Shown piece after piece: positions 1 through 15,092 of a stretch of DNA of 64,000 nt (position 1 is the first letter of the stretch; the number at the start of each line of letters is the position of its first letter). This DNA comes from Eledone cirrhosa (Eukaryota), in NCBI GenBank assembly GCA_964016885.1, contig OZ024755.1, positions 6,324,001 through 6,388,000 on the forward strand. The letters run 5' to 3'. The position numbers and the translations under genes were made by a program. The notes below the pieces were generated by a model. It searched no databases. It was given only the letters and a program-made list of their open reading frames with translations, and was not told the DNA's origin.

Positions 1-2764
1 TACATACATACAACATCGTACAACCTTCATCGTGTTCTCCTCAACGCTGCTACATGGGAAAAATGTTTAACACTATATTTAGTGATAGCAGAAAATTATT
101 ATATAGTCAATTTACTTATACAATATTTTTATATTACTCGGATAGTTTATGATTCATTAAGGGTTTTTCTGAGGTCTGCACCCTAAGGAGATGATTAGTT
201 AGAAAAAACGGTAGCTCCGGTCGTAATAAATGCTATTAATTGAGGTGTAGGCTTTGATGGTAGTTGCTATAGTGGCAGCGATTGATGTTAGATTATTTTA
301 ATATGTTCACAATATAGGTGATCGTTATAGTCAAAGCGATGACTATGTTAACAGCAATAACGACGGTAACGGAAGGAGAGGTACAGAGACATGGGAGGGA
401 AGATGTCGCCAGAGATCTTTGTGATTCATCAATGGAGCGATAACAAAACATTGGAACGTGTCTTGGACGCGGAAGCCTATAGTAGAATTTCGATTAGTTC
501 CGGGACAAAGAGAAACCTCATTTAAATTACCATTGAAATCATTTCATTTACTGTGTAGGTATCTATCTCCCTCCATTCGCACCTACATATCTATTCATAT
601 ACCAATCTCTCTTGCTCTTTCATACAGACACACATATATATATATATATATATTTATGTAGACGCCTTTTCCTGTAGACAAGAAAACACATGCATACATA
701 TGTGTATATATATATGTATGTACTTATGTACGTATGTATGTATGTATTAGTCTCAGGCGGTGGCTTTTCGACAATTCATTTTATTTATTTATTGTGCAGA
801 AAATTGACACGAAATTACGGTAATATAAAGGTAGTGTAAATCTGTCTATTCATAAAAAAACAACATACCTATATATATATATATATATATATATATTTAA
901 TACATTAACAGAGAAAGCTTTAAGCAATACTCCGACCGGCTTCCGTCTCACTCAACAAACATTAGGATAAACCTTAGTATAATCCGAATTATACGTTTGG
1001 GGTGCTAACTATACCTATTTTGCGGATAGCCAGTTGTATTATTTTATATGAGACATAATTAAAATATATACATATAAATATACTCGTTTACACACACACA
1101 TACATACATAATGTATGTGTGTGTGTGTCTGAATGAGTATTTTGGCCTATATCACTCCCTAGAGTAAATAGAGATGTAAATACCCCTATAATTTGAATAA
1201 AAGTACATTTTGTTATGACTATTTCGTTGGAATACCGACTAACTTTTCCTATTAGTCTTTGGCGCCTGTAGTTTTTCTCTTGTCACAGTTCAGGCTAACT
1301 TCTCAAATTTTCGCTTTCTCTCGTTGCTCACCTATAACCTCGATTGCTTAGCTGTGGCCTTATATTTCAACGTCTGGCATTTCTCATTGGGATCGATACA
1401 AATCAAAGGTTGTATTGTGTCACACATTTCTGGTACAAACATTAACCTTTTATTAAGCATGCTTGGTATAATTTCGTCGCACATTCTGTCACCTCCTCAG
1501 TGCCTAATTCCTTATTGTGTGTCTCTCTCTCATTTGATCTGCCGTACACCATCTTGTTTTTGTAAGTGAACCTTCAATGGAAATGTCTCTAGGAGAAGGT
1601 CTTAGAAAATGAGAGGAAAATGTTGACAGCAAAGAAATTCATGAATATATTTTTTTTTTAAGAACAAGTGTGATTTTTTTTTTTAAATTGGCGATCGTGG
1701 AACATAATTATTTCAGTTCCAATAGATCAGGTAATTGACAAATCAATACGAAACTGTAGATACACAATACTTCGTTTAAACACAGTGATAATGTTGATAA
1801 AATATGTCTATATTTTGGTATCGTCATAACCGTTTTTAAAAACATTTCATTGCTCTGCGTGTGTATGTACATTTTTTTTTACGTGTCTACAAAATCACAT
1901 CGCACTCACACACACGTATATATACATATATACACACACACATATATATATATATACACACACACATATACATATACACACATATATATATACATATACA
2001 CACATGTATATAATACAGAGAGAGAGAGAGAGATTCTTAATATAGAATCCTTTACTCTCGTGAAATACATGTTCGCCTTTTCTATTAATGAAGATATCTA
2101 TAGTCGGTTCACTTATATTCTGTACAATGACCAAGTAATTCGCAATCTATTTTTAAAGCTATTGTAGTCCAGAAGGTTCCAATAGATTTCTTTATTATAA
2201 AAGAACAGAATTATCTGATTGAGCAATGTCGAAATAACTATTCTTATCTTACCTTTCCATCATCACATTACTTTCAGCTAATTTACGTAATTTTTTTCTT
2301 TTTTGTCTCTCTATTGAATGTTCTGTCTTAGTGGCTAGGTCAGAACAACCACGGCACAAGTAGAAGGTGAAAGTCTTTAAATAAACAACTTATGTGAGTG
2401 ATGTAGACTCATACCTACCTACTCGTATAAAGTAGCGGTTTTAATTCTAATAATAACTAAGTCACAGAGGAGAAGTTATCAACAACGAAACAATTCTGTT
2501 ACGACATATGGTCGATATTCTAGTATTTAGACATTCAAGAATGACATGTGTGTATATATATGTGTGTGAGTATCTGAGTATTGGACCTCCGTCGATTTCC
2601 ACGATGAGTATTGAAGTTTTTTTAACTGCTCGTGAATTTCACGTGCATGTAGCTGATCATTTCTGTGACGGCTGAATAATTAACCTAGTTCTCAGGGAGA
2701 GCTATACCTTTATTGTAAAGGACCAGTGTTTAAAATATAGGCACAGCTTAATTTTTTTTATTTT

Positions 2765-2820
2765 GTCAGCTGATTAGACTAGAGCAACGTGAAGGAAAGT
2801 GTTTTCTCAAGGACTCCATA
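2765..2820 (-). mobile_element. SINE family B fragment
   Basis: agagcaacgtgaaggaaagtgttttctcaagga is the reverse complement of the family B central block. Confidence 0.55.
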
Positions 2821-2986
2821 CATTAACGGAAATCCTGAGATGAACACAAAAACCTATAAGCCAGACTCTTTCACAAGGGGGGGGGGCTTATGAACCTTAT
2901 TAAAATTAATCTTATTAAATAAAAACAAAATAAATTTCGATATAAACGCAATAAAATAGAAAATAAAGATATTATAATCATTATTA

Positions 2987-3145
2987 TTGTCAGAATCGCC
3001 AGAGCGTCGGACACCCTGCTTCGCGGCATAGACTAACGGCCCTTTACATTCTGAAATTCAAATCCCGCAGAAGTTAGCTTTGCCTTTCATCATTACAAGG
3101 TCGGTAAAATAAAGTCCCAGGAATGTACTGGGGTTTATTTAATCG
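2987..3145 (+). mobile_element. tRNA-derived SINE family A, diverged copy
   Basis: Degenerate match to family A (ttcaaatcccgc...tttgcctttcatc...gtcggtaaaataaagt), directly upstream of a younger copy. Confidence 0.75.
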
Positions 3146-3152
3146 AAACATT

Positions 3153-3328
3153 GGAGTGGCAGCATCGGTAGAGGGTCGGACACCATGCATAGAGTGACGG
3201 CCCTTGCCATTCTGAGTTCAAATCCCGCCGAGGTTAACTTTGCCTTTCATCCTTACGGGGTCGATAAAATAAAGTACCAATAATGTACTGGTTAATTGCT
3301 GGCCTTGTGCCTAAAGTAGAAACAATTA
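3153..3328 (+). mobile_element. tRNA-derived SINE family A, full length
   Basis: A-box-like tggcagcatcgg, B-box gagttcaaatccc, core ctttgcctttcatccttacggggtcgataaaataaagtacc, and tail ggccttgtgcctaaagtagaaacaatta. More than 15 near-identical copies occur in the window. Confidence 0.9.
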
Positions 3329-3813
3329 TTATTATTTTTACTATGATCCATACTTTTATGCAATGCTCTGCCACAACACCTGGAGTACCTATGTGTTCCT
3401 GGAATATGTGCAGCATTGTGTGTGTGTGTGTGTGTTGGGAGGGAAGGAAAGTATAGGCTCATGCTGTTAGAGTGCTGCATTAGCTTGGTCTTGTGATGGG
3501 GTTTAGTTCGTTTCCTCTTGCGTTATTCTACTGTTTCCTCTATTGAACGTGTTAAGTGTAATGTGAGTTGTGTTATTTTATGGCGTCAATTTATTATCAT
3601 TATTAGAATTATCATTGTGGTTGTTGATGTCACTTGTGATATAAAATGAAGAAAATAAATTGCTACAATTGACACTGTCGAACATAAACCTATGATACTG
3701 ACATAACATTGCGTATTTAAATTGGAAATAATGTCTTATATATACATTCTTACATCATTCGTGAATATCCGTACACAAACATATGCAATCAATCATACAC
3801 TCCTCATTACGTG

Positions 3814-3842
<29 letters not shown>

Positions 3843-3845
<3 letters not shown>

Positions 3846-3915
3846 TGTTTCAAAAAATGTATATACACTTCAACAGCATTCTAATCAAAATGTGTATACA
3901 TTTTTGGTGACAGAC
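3843..3915. mobile_element. Tc1/mariner-type MITE, internally deleted and diverged
   Basis: caaaaaatgtatatacacttcaacagcattctaat...tgtgtatacattttttgg matches the copies at 14771 and 60731. Confidence 0.6.
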
Positions 3916-3931
3916 ACATATATATATATTA

Positions 3932-3963
<32 letters not shown>

Positions 3964-4796
3964 GACATATATATATAATGTGTGGGTGTGTACATATATA
4001 CACACATACATATATTGTGTGTGTGTTTATATATACATACAAGTATCTGTATCAAAATATAATTGTCAGGAGAAGTGATAAAATATACTTTATCACTTAG
4101 TGATAAAGACAATGTTTGTGTTCATTAACCTAGCTGAAAAAATGAATCCTTCAATCGATATGATAGATTAACTGTAGTCGATACCCCAGTATGGCTGAAG
4201 TCTAACGACTAAAACCAGTAACAGTTTTATAATGTATGCACATTGAAATCAAAGCACACCATGCGAATATGTATTCACCTAAATTCTACACGATATGTTC
4301 CACGTGACATTTGAAAACATTGAAAGCGTGGCTATAGAAAATATGACTTTCTTGAGACCAGTTTCTACATAATATATATATTAATCGTTTGAATAACACA
4401 TGAGGAGATAATATATATATATGTATATATATATATATACAAAGAAAGAAATATTTGTGAGACGATGATAGTTATACATATACACACACTAACGCATACA
4501 CACACTCTCTCTCTCTATATATATATATATAGTTACCTACCTAGGTAACTAACTATATATATATATATATATATTTAGTTACCTACCTAGCTATGTGTGC
4601 TTACACACTTGTAAAAATTATCCCCTGTGATTGTTTCATATGTTTATTTATACGTTAATCAGTTTCTAGTTATAAAATGCTCGGATCTATTCATTAGAAT
4701 CTTGGAGCTTATTTTACGGGTGATATGGCGCATGCCTAGTGGGATGACACCCATAAGTTTGATTTAGATTAAATTCATTTTGATTTATCTTAATTT

Positions 4797-4833
<37 letters not shown>

Positions 4834-5529
4834 ACATATTTATATTACATACACTATATGCATATATCTTTATATGCAGCCATATATATTCACCCACAAA
4901 GAACACACATTTTCTGATTCGTTTTTTCCTACATAACCCCACCCACCAAGCACAAACACACACATATGTGTGTGGTGTGGTGTGGTGTGTGAGTGAACAC
5001 ATACACAGACTCACGTTTCTGTATCGACCACAAACATGTCTCGTCTTTTAAAAAGAAGAAATGTATGTAGATTACTTCTGGTATATTCATTGTAAGTTAT
5101 TTACACAGAAACACTATATTTTTTCCTCCTTACAGATAATTGGCGCCTAATATTTGTTTTCGATAGGTTTAAACAACAAATGATTTAGTTAAATGTTGCG
5201 ACGCTGGCTTCATTCAGAAATCTCACACAATTAGAAGTTTTATTTTATTTTTGTTGAAATACGTATATTAATATATTAAACTCAGGAACAAAGAATATAG
5301 CGAAGCAGAAGGAGAAATGATTACAGGATTTAACCGGATGACATTTATTCTAATAATTACCTTTTTTCTTAGTTCAAACCACATTTAGGTTGATATATTG
5401 TTTTTTGCATTGATTTAGAGTTGATAAAATATACATGGTTTAATACATTTCATTCAGTATAATGTGAGCCATCTATACCGTGGGCTGTAAGTAGCCTAAA
5501 TATGATAAATATATCTGTGTGTATGTGTA

Positions 5530-5564
<35 letters not shown>

Positions 5565-6274
5565 GCGCGAGTGCGTGCGTGCGTGCGTGCATGTGAGGGA
5601 GAGAGAGAGAGAGAGAGAGTGTGTGAGTGTGAGCATGCACAAGGGTTTCGGTTGACAGAGTCGTCAGAATGTTCGTATAGTTCTCAAAATCTTCATTTTT
5701 AATTGCGCCGAGGTCCGCTTTGTATATCATAATTTTCGGGGAGATAAAGTACCAGTCCACCTTCTTTCAATCTGTCACATCCTAATTATTCCACTGTATG
5801 AGGTTCATCCACGAGGCGTTAAGGAAGTATAGATGAGCTCATTTTTCAACTTGAAACAAACAAAACTACTTGTTTTAGTATATATATTTCTTTCTTCAAC
5901 CAAGTGACCTTGAATCGAAAGACAAAAATCATGAGAAGCCAAGAGTTGTTAGTCGCTAAACGACCATGAAACCAGGATAAACTCAGATCCTCACTTACTT
6001 TGTTCGAGAATGGATAATCGAACGTACATCTATCTTTAAAATATTACAAGAAGACGGCAGTGTGTAGTTCAGTGAAAGGCAGATACTATTTCGAAGCAGG
6101 TTGACCAAAGTGAGTTTATCCCCTTGGTTCACTCTAGATATATGAATGTTGATTCGAACCATTGCATACATAGCAGAGCTTAAGCATTCAGCTATTGATA
6201 TCGTTAATAATCTCTTATAATATACATTTAATATCACACATTACGTTGCCAACCCACATAAATCAGGTTCGATC

Positions 6275-6388
6275 GAAAGAAATATATTAAATCAAGCATT
6301 AAATCAACAAAAGAAATTCTCTCAAACTTTATTGATTGTATTTTCATGAGCTGAGATCAAATTACTGGTCATTCCATCTCTCTCTATA

Positions 6389-6439
<51 letters not shown>

Positions 6440-6495
6440 TACACGTGTGATATATGAGTATTGAGAGAAGTAATTATATATAATGAAAGGGAGGG

Positions 6496-6550
<55 letters not shown>

Positions 6551-6675
6551 TATATGAGTTCCAAGAAAGATTCCTAACTCTAACGGTCAATAATTTCATC
6601 TTGGCTCATGAAAATACAATCAATAATTTGACAGAATTTCATTACTGCTCTAAAGCTTGATTTAATGTCTTTCTT
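6275..6675. repeat. Diverged inverted repeat (~90-bp arms) around (TA)n tracts
   Basis: attaaatcaagc...attgattgtattttcatgagc versus gctcatgaaaatacaatcaat...gcttgatttaat. Confidence 0.8.
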
Positions 6676-6719
6676 TGTATAGAGACTCAGTTATGGTGTG
6701 ATAGTGTGACTTGCAAATG

Positions 6720-6754
<35 letters not shown>

Positions 6755-6782
6755 CCACATACACAAACACACATTATATATG

Positions 6783-6813
<31 letters not shown>

Positions 6814-6953
6814 TAAAATAACAGATTAAAGTTTAAGCAAAGAATCGCTGCTTTCACCCTTAAATATTTGTTCTATGGTTCTTATATATTTGATATTTAT
6901 TTATCCTTATCGAGCCCTCTTTGGATTTTAGTCTTCACATTGTATTACTACAC

Positions 6954-6992
<39 letters not shown>

Positions 6993-8248
6993 TACATACA
7001 TATATAAGGAAAAAGAAATTGAAAATGCAACTGGAGTCTTAATGTTTATTTACTTTACCGGTTTTCCAGTAATTAATATTATCAAAAATAAAATTGAGAG
7101 GAGGGTGTGTGTTTCCCTTTGAGGTTTGTCTCGTAGCTAACTAAAGTTCGAAACAGTTCTGTTTCGTACAAAAAATGTGGCTCAGATTGCTATTTGTTTA
7201 AAATTATTTAAGCAGGAACAAAAACTGGGTTGACCAGTATTTAAAAAAAGACCAGTGCTTCACGTATGAATGGTTGGAGAGCTGAGCACAGCAGCTGCAT
7301 ATAAAAGCTTGTTTAGTAAGGTACGCTAGCCGTATAGATTGCAATATAGATACTATCGTATGCAACGTTAGTATCAATAACGAAAAGCTGTGTGTTGTGT
7401 TGTGTGCATGCTGTATGTATTGACAGCATGTGTATGTTTATATAGATAAGGAGAACGTAAAAGGGTTAATTTCAATTTAACCATAAAATGTTTGTGATAA
7501 AAAAAGAAAAACAAAAAAAAATGAAGAGAAACGGAGGATGTGAGCAGTATATTTTATAACCATCTAGCCTATGTCGAATATTTTAGCAGTTCGGTAATCG
7601 GGGACACCAGAGATTTCAACTGTTTCCGTCACGAAAATGAAACGAACGGTTAATCCCGGCATTTAGTTATACCAGAATTTGTAGGATACATAAAATAGAG
7701 TTATAAGAAGATAAGTTTTCACATGTGATTCTGGCAACTATTGCGTTTGTTGCTAATAAATATCACCATTTCACAATTTGGCAATTGGTTTTAGCTTTTA
7801 ATGTGTGAAGTTGAATTAGTTATGAACACACACACAGAGGCACTCACACAAACACAGGAACACACACAAACACAGGAACTCACTCACACACAGGCACTCA
7901 CATACAGGAACTCTCTCACACACACACACAACTACACATATATACGGAGTTTTACTTTATTGCATAAAGGCAGTGGTTTCATAATCATCAAAACGTTTAA
8001 CTCTTTCACGTGGGAAACTTAGTTAAAAGCTTCTGTATCAGATATATGTGTTCACAATCGTAAACCAATGGTATTAATACTCGCTATTTTTCACTTATTC
8101 TTTTACCGTTCATCATAAAATGTTCGAATCTGTTTCTCAGATATTGACACGCGTTTAACATAATCCTAGCAATACATAAGCTGGTGAAACTATATATCAG
8201 GTGTGTATACTGTAAAATGGGTAAATATCCCAGTATGATTCAACATTG

Positions 8249-8297
<49 letters not shown>

Positions 8298-8331
8298 TAC
8301 ACACACATATTCCAATATATGTATATACATG

Positions 8332-8374
<43 letters not shown>

Positions 8375-8377
8375 AAG

Positions 8378-8513
8378 AGGGTGTGGTAAGATACCAGGTG
8401 GACCATAACACACCAGAGTACTGAGTGGGTAATAGGAAGAAAGTCAAGCACCCGACGATGAGCTCCGGCTGTTTCGACAGCTAGAGTTCAGCCGTCGGGG
8501 TTCTGACTCTCTT

Positions 8514-8516
<3 letters not shown>
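8378..8516. mobile_element. (TA)n-embedded module family M1 with internal fold-back
   Basis: gtgtggtaag...ggaccataa...gggtaataggaa...cccgacg..gagctccgg..gtttcgacagcta recurs at about 27215-27270, 29790-29842, 52510-52697 and 61204-61312. Confidence 0.8.
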
Positions 8517-8551
<35 letters not shown>

Positions 8552-8638
8552 AGTTCCACAAACTTGTGGAACTACTTCTACCAAACTCGCCCCATAGACT
8601 GAGTGCTCTACTATTGCGTATATAACCTGCCAGTGTTC

Positions 8639-8689
<51 letters not shown>

Positions 8690-9609
8690 TATATATGGTG
8701 AAGGCACGTTTAATGTGAAGGATGAGATCTGGTTTCCAAGTCTTAACTAGAACCTAACATTTCATCTTCAATTTTCATGTTAGAAATTCAAAATCCTTGA
8801 GGGCACTGTCTGACGAAATGAAAATGTGACGAGTAAGTAGTATACGAGCTGGCTGCCTGACATTGATTGACGTATCCAACGTCTTTGCCCAAAACTGCAC
8901 ATCCCCATGCATTCATGCGACTACAATTTGTTTACTTTTCACAGCTCTACTAATGTCATTATTTTCATTATTTTCTACGGAAAATAAAAATAAAGCTGGA
9001 AAGCTTTTTGACAAACATTGTATACCCTGGATATAAATTATATACAATTCACATTTGAATAATTTTGTCTTCGTTTACTGATCCAGTGTGGAAAATATGG
9101 AAACAATTAATTGCAATTCTCTTTAGAGATGCTTAATGAGGTGGATTGAATGATATTTCCAGTGAAATGCCACAATATATTCATCCAAAGCGATAGATTC
9201 TCAACGACGTGGCAAGCATACAAGAGAATGAATGTGTTCTTGTTTTACATACAGATATGTATGTGCATGTTTGTGTGTATTTGTGTGTGTTTGTTTATGC
9301 GTGTACGTGTATGTGTGCATGTATGTCTTTTGTGTGTGTAAACCTAAAGGTTGAGCAATCATCTGATACTCCATGTTGGGCTAATAACCTTCAGTAGCAA
9401 CAGAGAGAAAGGATTTGCAAGCCTGTCTTTGAAATCTAAATTGTACATTCACCTAAATATTCATCACAAATAAAACATATACAACAAATCCTCAAATGTG
9501 TCTAACTCACAAACGTACATACATACGCAGATATATATATATATATTATATATATATATATATATATGCAATGTATACATATATTTCTATATGACTAGAA
9601 ACGGTATCA

Positions 9610-9726
9610 TTCGGACGCCATACTTTGCAGCAAAGAGTTACGGTCCTTTATGCTCCGGGTTCAAATCCCGCCGAGGTTAACGTTGCCTTTCATCCTCATG
9701 GGCCTTGTGCCAAAAGTAGAAACAAA
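9610..9726 (+). mobile_element. SINE family A, internally deleted
   Basis: gggttcaaatcccgccgaggttaac..gcctttcatcc is joined directly to ggccttgtgccaaaagtagaaacaa. Confidence 0.8.
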
Positions 9727-10828
9727 TATTTGAACTCATCAGGAAAATCTCAATGATGTCAAACGAATTATATATATATATATATATATTAGTATATACA
9801 CATATATTATATATATAATCCCACAAGACAAATATTTGATACCTGGCTTTAATGTAATCAGCAAGTAATTTTTTTTACTCAGGAATTCATAAAATAATTT
9901 CTGTAATGTACGAAATAGAATTAATCGTAAAGACTCTAGTGTAACATTGCTACCTAATTTATAGGACCTATAGTATAGATAACCAATTTTTATTCCGCGA
10001 GGATTTAAACTTTGGATATGCGAAACGAATTTGTAAAGTCATGTTTATAGTTACAATATATGGTCTTGTTTCTTTTCACACAAACATGAAATGTTCATCT
10101 GGCTTCAGTCAACATACAATGAAACGAATACAATAATATTTAGAAGTGAAAAATGATAGATGTGCCACAGATTGATTATAAAAGGAACTCACTGAAACAC
10201 TAAGGGAATTTATAGGCTTACCAGATAAGAAAATATTTTCTTAAGCAAGTGTATAGAATAATGAAAGATCTAGACAGATAAGATCAACATCAGAAAAACG
10301 AAATTACTTCAAGCTCATTGCGAATAGATAGACAGACTTAAAATATGTCTAAAATTAAATTCGTAAAACAACAATCATCATGTATAGGAGAAAGCAGTAA
10401 GAAATCTGCGATAGAGACTAGGGCAATTGGTTTGAAATCGAAATATAGGAGATGAATTGATCCTATACAGGTGTACAGAAAATCGACAAGAAACTACATG
10501 AAAAGCATGTCAAATACGTGTAAATCAAGAATTCTTCTCGTCTGATTGTTGGAGTCAGTATTTTCGTAGTATTACGCACAGAGACCCACACGATGGTGCA
10601 ACAGTTATATAAGATTCTTTTTATACTTCTTCGCGCCCTAATTCCTGTGAGGATTATGGGAGCACATTCCTTATACACACTTACCACGCGTATCCATCGA
10701 CACCAAAGAGGGTCCAGAAAGGAGCAATAGTATATACTCCTTTGTATATCAAATCAACACGGTTAAATGTTTATTGAACCAAACAGACTACCCAAGAATG
10801 CGAATAAAACGTTAAAATATAATTAATG

Positions 10829-10865
<37 letters not shown>

Positions 10866-12638
10866 ATAGCTGCCACTTGAGTTAAATCAAATTCTTCATT
10901 GTTTCCTAAAAAAAGAAACATTTAAGAAATTCTCAAACAAAATATATTTATTTTAGATGAAAATAGAAACTATTCCACTGAGAATAAAAAGAATAGAAAA
11001 TCTTTAAAAAATAAAACGATAAATTCATAAGAAAGTTATTTTTCATAAATATAAAAAGAATTTAGAAAGAAAATACCAGACCTCACACATTTACGTAACT
11101 TGCAAAAATATAGCATTTCTTGGCATATCATACATTCTTTGTACATATGTGAAGACGGGTATAGAACTGGCAGAAAAACAAAGAGAGTTAAAGTAGGTTT
11201 AAATAAACCTCATGAATAGGAATTTCTAAAATAGACACAAGGCCACATTTTTTCAGGTGGATAGTGTATTCTATTTAATCAAGGTTGCTACGTGACTGGT
11301 AGCTTTGCGAGGTAACGTTGACGTCACAAGATGGTGGTCCCTGGGCCAGATAGAAACATCACGAAATTGACCATCGTATTACAACCTAACATATACACAA
11401 TGCCACATGTGTTTGTGGGAGTAGGTAAATTAGATCGACCTCAGTTCTTTAAGCATATTTTGAAGAACTGAGTTGACGCAGGATTTGAGATCAGAATTAG
11501 AGGTACCTATGATTATCACCAAGACACGGACCCATTAATTCTGTAAAGTGGTAATGGTGGTGCCACGAATAATCTCCTCCAGTGAACCAAATAGGGTGGT
11601 TGGCGTTAGGAATGAACTAAACGAACCAAGTAATAAATTCTATTACATCTACTATGCCTCACCCCACATTTCTCGCCTAGTGCCAATGCTAAAATCAATA
11701 CTATAACAGATGGACGTGATGATGTAGAGAACGACTAAAAACAAACGATTTTCCAAGTAATGTAAACCTTTAATCATATAATTTAACACAATTGCTATCA
11801 AATTGAAATATATCTTCTCTCACTTAATAAAACATGATTTAGGAATCATAAATAATGGTTTTTCACTAAACTCTTAAAATGTTGTCACCTTCAGTAGAAA
11901 GCTATAACTAACGAGTGGCTAATACATTAACTTATAGTCAAATGAAACTCTGACAGTTAGTATATAAATTAATAATGTTTTCTTTGGATTAAAATCAGAA
12001 GTAAATTTAGCAAACAACATTGACATCAGCACCTGAATAAACACAATTAGCTTTGTTGTATAATTTCTGTTCAGAAATATCACGCTCGATTTCCTTGTTA
12101 CAGGAGTATACAATTTTAAAGATATTGAAAAAAATTATAAGTGCCATGTATTGAAAGGAAATGTGAAAGCATTTCTTTTAATTTAATATAATTCAGAGAT
12201 CGTGTGACCACTATACGTAGCCCGAAGTCATTCTAAGGTGATAAAATATGTCGACAGTTTAATTCCTCATCACGATTTTGCATTATGGTCGGCTTCAGCT
12301 TTAAACAAGTTTCACAATAAAAACTAATATTTACATGCAAATCATAAATTGTATCAGCTAGTCACATATTCTGTGTATTCAAACTAATGTATTTCTGAAG
12401 ACGAGAATCTATTTTTTTTAAGAAATTCTATTTTTTATAAGAAATTCTTTATCCAAACTAACTATTCACACCTAATTCTATAAATTAAGACATCATTCAT
12501 GTAAAACCCATTCCAGCTATGTTTCCCGACTTAATTCTAACAATCTATTCAAAACAAAATGTTTAAATATCATCATTTCTATAGATATTTCGGATCTTAT
12601 ATTTAGCTGCTATTTCTAGCAAATTAAGTTACTCAAGT

Positions 12639-12679
<41 letters not shown>

Positions 12680-13487
12680 GAAGATCCGGTTAGGGGTGAA
12701 TGCAGCGATTCTTTACTTAAACTTTAATCTGTTATTTTAATAAATATGTATATATATATGCATTGTTATAGTTCCGAACGTAAGCTAATGATTTTAAGGG
12801 GAAATTACTGTTAATTCTAGGAGGAAGAACGACCACTAAAAACTCCATAAGTTGGACACATGTGAACAGGAACGCATGAATTTCCATAGAAAATTTACAT
12901 TAAAAAAATTCACAGGAATTCGCAAATTTAAATTAAATGGAAATTGAAATGAGGAGCGAAACCGTCATCACATTTGTGACGTCCAGAATCACAAATCCTC
13001 GACATTAGTTTAGCTACACAAATGAATGAATAAATAAATAAAAATAAATAAAAATAAATAAATAGATAAATAAAAAAATATAAATAAAATAAACGCAAAC
13101 AAAATGAAAATAAACCAACAAAGAAAATATATGAATAAATAAATAACTAAAAAAAATAGACAACTAATAAGCAGCAGCAACAACAAAAACACATGACCAA
13201 ATATATAATTTTTTTTTTTTTCTTTATGAGTCACATAAGCTGCTTAGTTCTCAGATTACCAACGATGATAACTCCACTCTACCAGAATGTTGCATCTTAT
13301 CAACGTTCTAGTGAGATCCCTTGTCGACTTATAAGTTCTTTTGAAATGGTTCAGATTTCACATTCAACGTAATCACAACGTACACAAGAAGCAAACTATA
13401 TAGAACTAACTACCGCTTCTTCTAATTCTACTTCTTCTTGTGCTACAGATGGCAGGGTTAACTGTTATTTGGCAGCAGAACCAGTGA

Positions 13488-13780
13488 CAGTGGTAGCGGT
13501 TGTGGTGGTGGTGGTGGTGGTGGTAATGGTCGTTGTCGTGGTGGTGGTAGTGGTAGTGGTAGTGGTGGTAATGGTCGTTGTCGTGGTGGTGGTGGTAATG
13601 GTAATGATGGTGGTGGTGCTAATGGTAATGGTGGTGGTGGGGTAATGGTGGTGGTGGGGTAATGGTGGTGGCGTTGGTAATGGTGGTGGCGTTGGTAATG
13701 GTGGTTGTAATGGTGGTGGTGGAGGTAACGGTGGTGGCAGTGGTGGTTGTGATGGTGGTAACAGTGGTGGCAGTGGTGAT
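13488..13780. repeat. (GGT)n/(GTA)n-type trinucleotide low-complexity tract
   Basis: Direct inspection. It gives rise to the Pro/Thr-rich spurious ORFs. Confidence 0.9.
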
Positions 13781-14770
13781 GTCAACAATGACAGCGTGTA
13801 AAAATAAATACCTCCCATCTAGATAAACGGGTTGTAGGAATTGTAAAAGAATAGCTCTTATAACATACACGTGCGCACACACTCATACAGACACGTATAC
13901 ACAGTCACACACTCATACAGACACGTATATACAGTCACACACTCATACAGACACGTATACACAGGCACATACACACAATGTTTATTTATACAACGCAAAG
14001 CGCAAAGATACTCACATATTCTAAACACCATACATACACACAACACATACAGAACAACTAAAGGTAGTAAGCGCAGCGACACATACATAAAACATACACC
14101 ATATGCATACACATACACAATACACATAACATATACACAGAGATAAACAGTAAAGCTAATCTAAATAACCCAAAACTATTCACTGATTTGAGACTGGTGC
14201 GTCAAATTATTGAAAAATATATCTTTTTCATCCTGAATTATCGTCCTTGTTTATGTAAGGCAACAAACTCTCAGAGACGTTAGCGTGACGCGTCTGATGT
14301 TTCATGAGATTTGGTTCGACTCTTTGTACACGGAATTTAAATCCCGTCTAGATCAGCATTTACGTTCATTCTATCAGGGTCGATAAATAGAACAACATTC
14401 GAGTACCTCTCTCTCTCAACTTGGATGTAATCATGCTTAAATGTGGCATGGTTTATAACTGTGCCTCTACGACTCATGAAGAGATGAGGATGACACGCGA
14501 TGTGCCTCAATTCTATAACATTTCGATGAATTAAAGGTACCTGTAATACATAAGATTAACCTTCTCACAAACTTCGTCTTGTTAAGCCTCGCTAGGTATT
14601 AATGTATGGGTACATGTGATAGAGGAAAGCCCAGACACTTGTAGCTTAATCTTACAAGCAAGCTCTTCTGTTCCTCGAACAAAAGAGCCTCAACCCTCAG
14701 AACCGACAAAGATCCAACAATATGAATGTGTATTACCTCTCCAATATTCTCTCACACAGTCCTAGAAATA

Positions 14771-14871
14771 CAGAGTGTCCCCCAAAAAATGTATACAAAC
14801 TTTGATTACCTGTACAGGCAATATTTATTAGAATACTGTTGAAGTGTGTGTACATCTTTGGGGACACCCTG
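14771..14871. mobile_element. Tc1/mariner-type MITE (~100 bp)
   Basis: TIRs cagagtgtcccccaaaaaatgtatacaaactt / aagtgtgtgtacatctttggggacaccctg, flanked by TA on both sides. Confidence 0.8.
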
Positions 14872-14878
14872 TATTTAG

Positions 14879-15092
14879 ATTTACAGATATCCAAACATAC
14901 ACATACACCAATAGTCTATGTACCGTTGATATATCATAGAATATTTCATTTACAGATATCCAAACATACATATACACCAATAGTCTATGTACAGTTGATA
15001 TATCATTGAATATTACATTTACAGATATCCAAACATACATATACACCAATAGTCTATGTACTGTTGACATAACAGAATATTACATTTACAGA
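14879..15092. repeat. 69-bp minisatellite, ~3 copies
   Basis: ttacagatatccaaacataca...aatagtctatgtac starts at 14881, 14950 and 15019. Confidence 0.9.

Noticed and set aside
925-975. Minus-strand ctaatg...gaagccggtcgga resembling a hammerhead
   Set aside because: Three or more core mismatches and a single copy in the window.
7291-7310. E-box CAGCTG next to TATAAAAG (possible promoter)
   Set aside because: Such short motifs are expected by chance in AT-rich DNA, and no downstream gene is evident.
8803-8835. CTGACGA...GAAA hammerhead-like motif
   Set aside because: Only 3 nt lie between the core halves, so there is no helix II, and there is no UH triplet in register.
11000-11160. A-rich stretch vaguely like a PLE GIY-YIG C-terminus (also about 30150-30330)
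   Set aside because: No continuous frame or diagnostic motif could be read. It would need a tblastn or HMM search.
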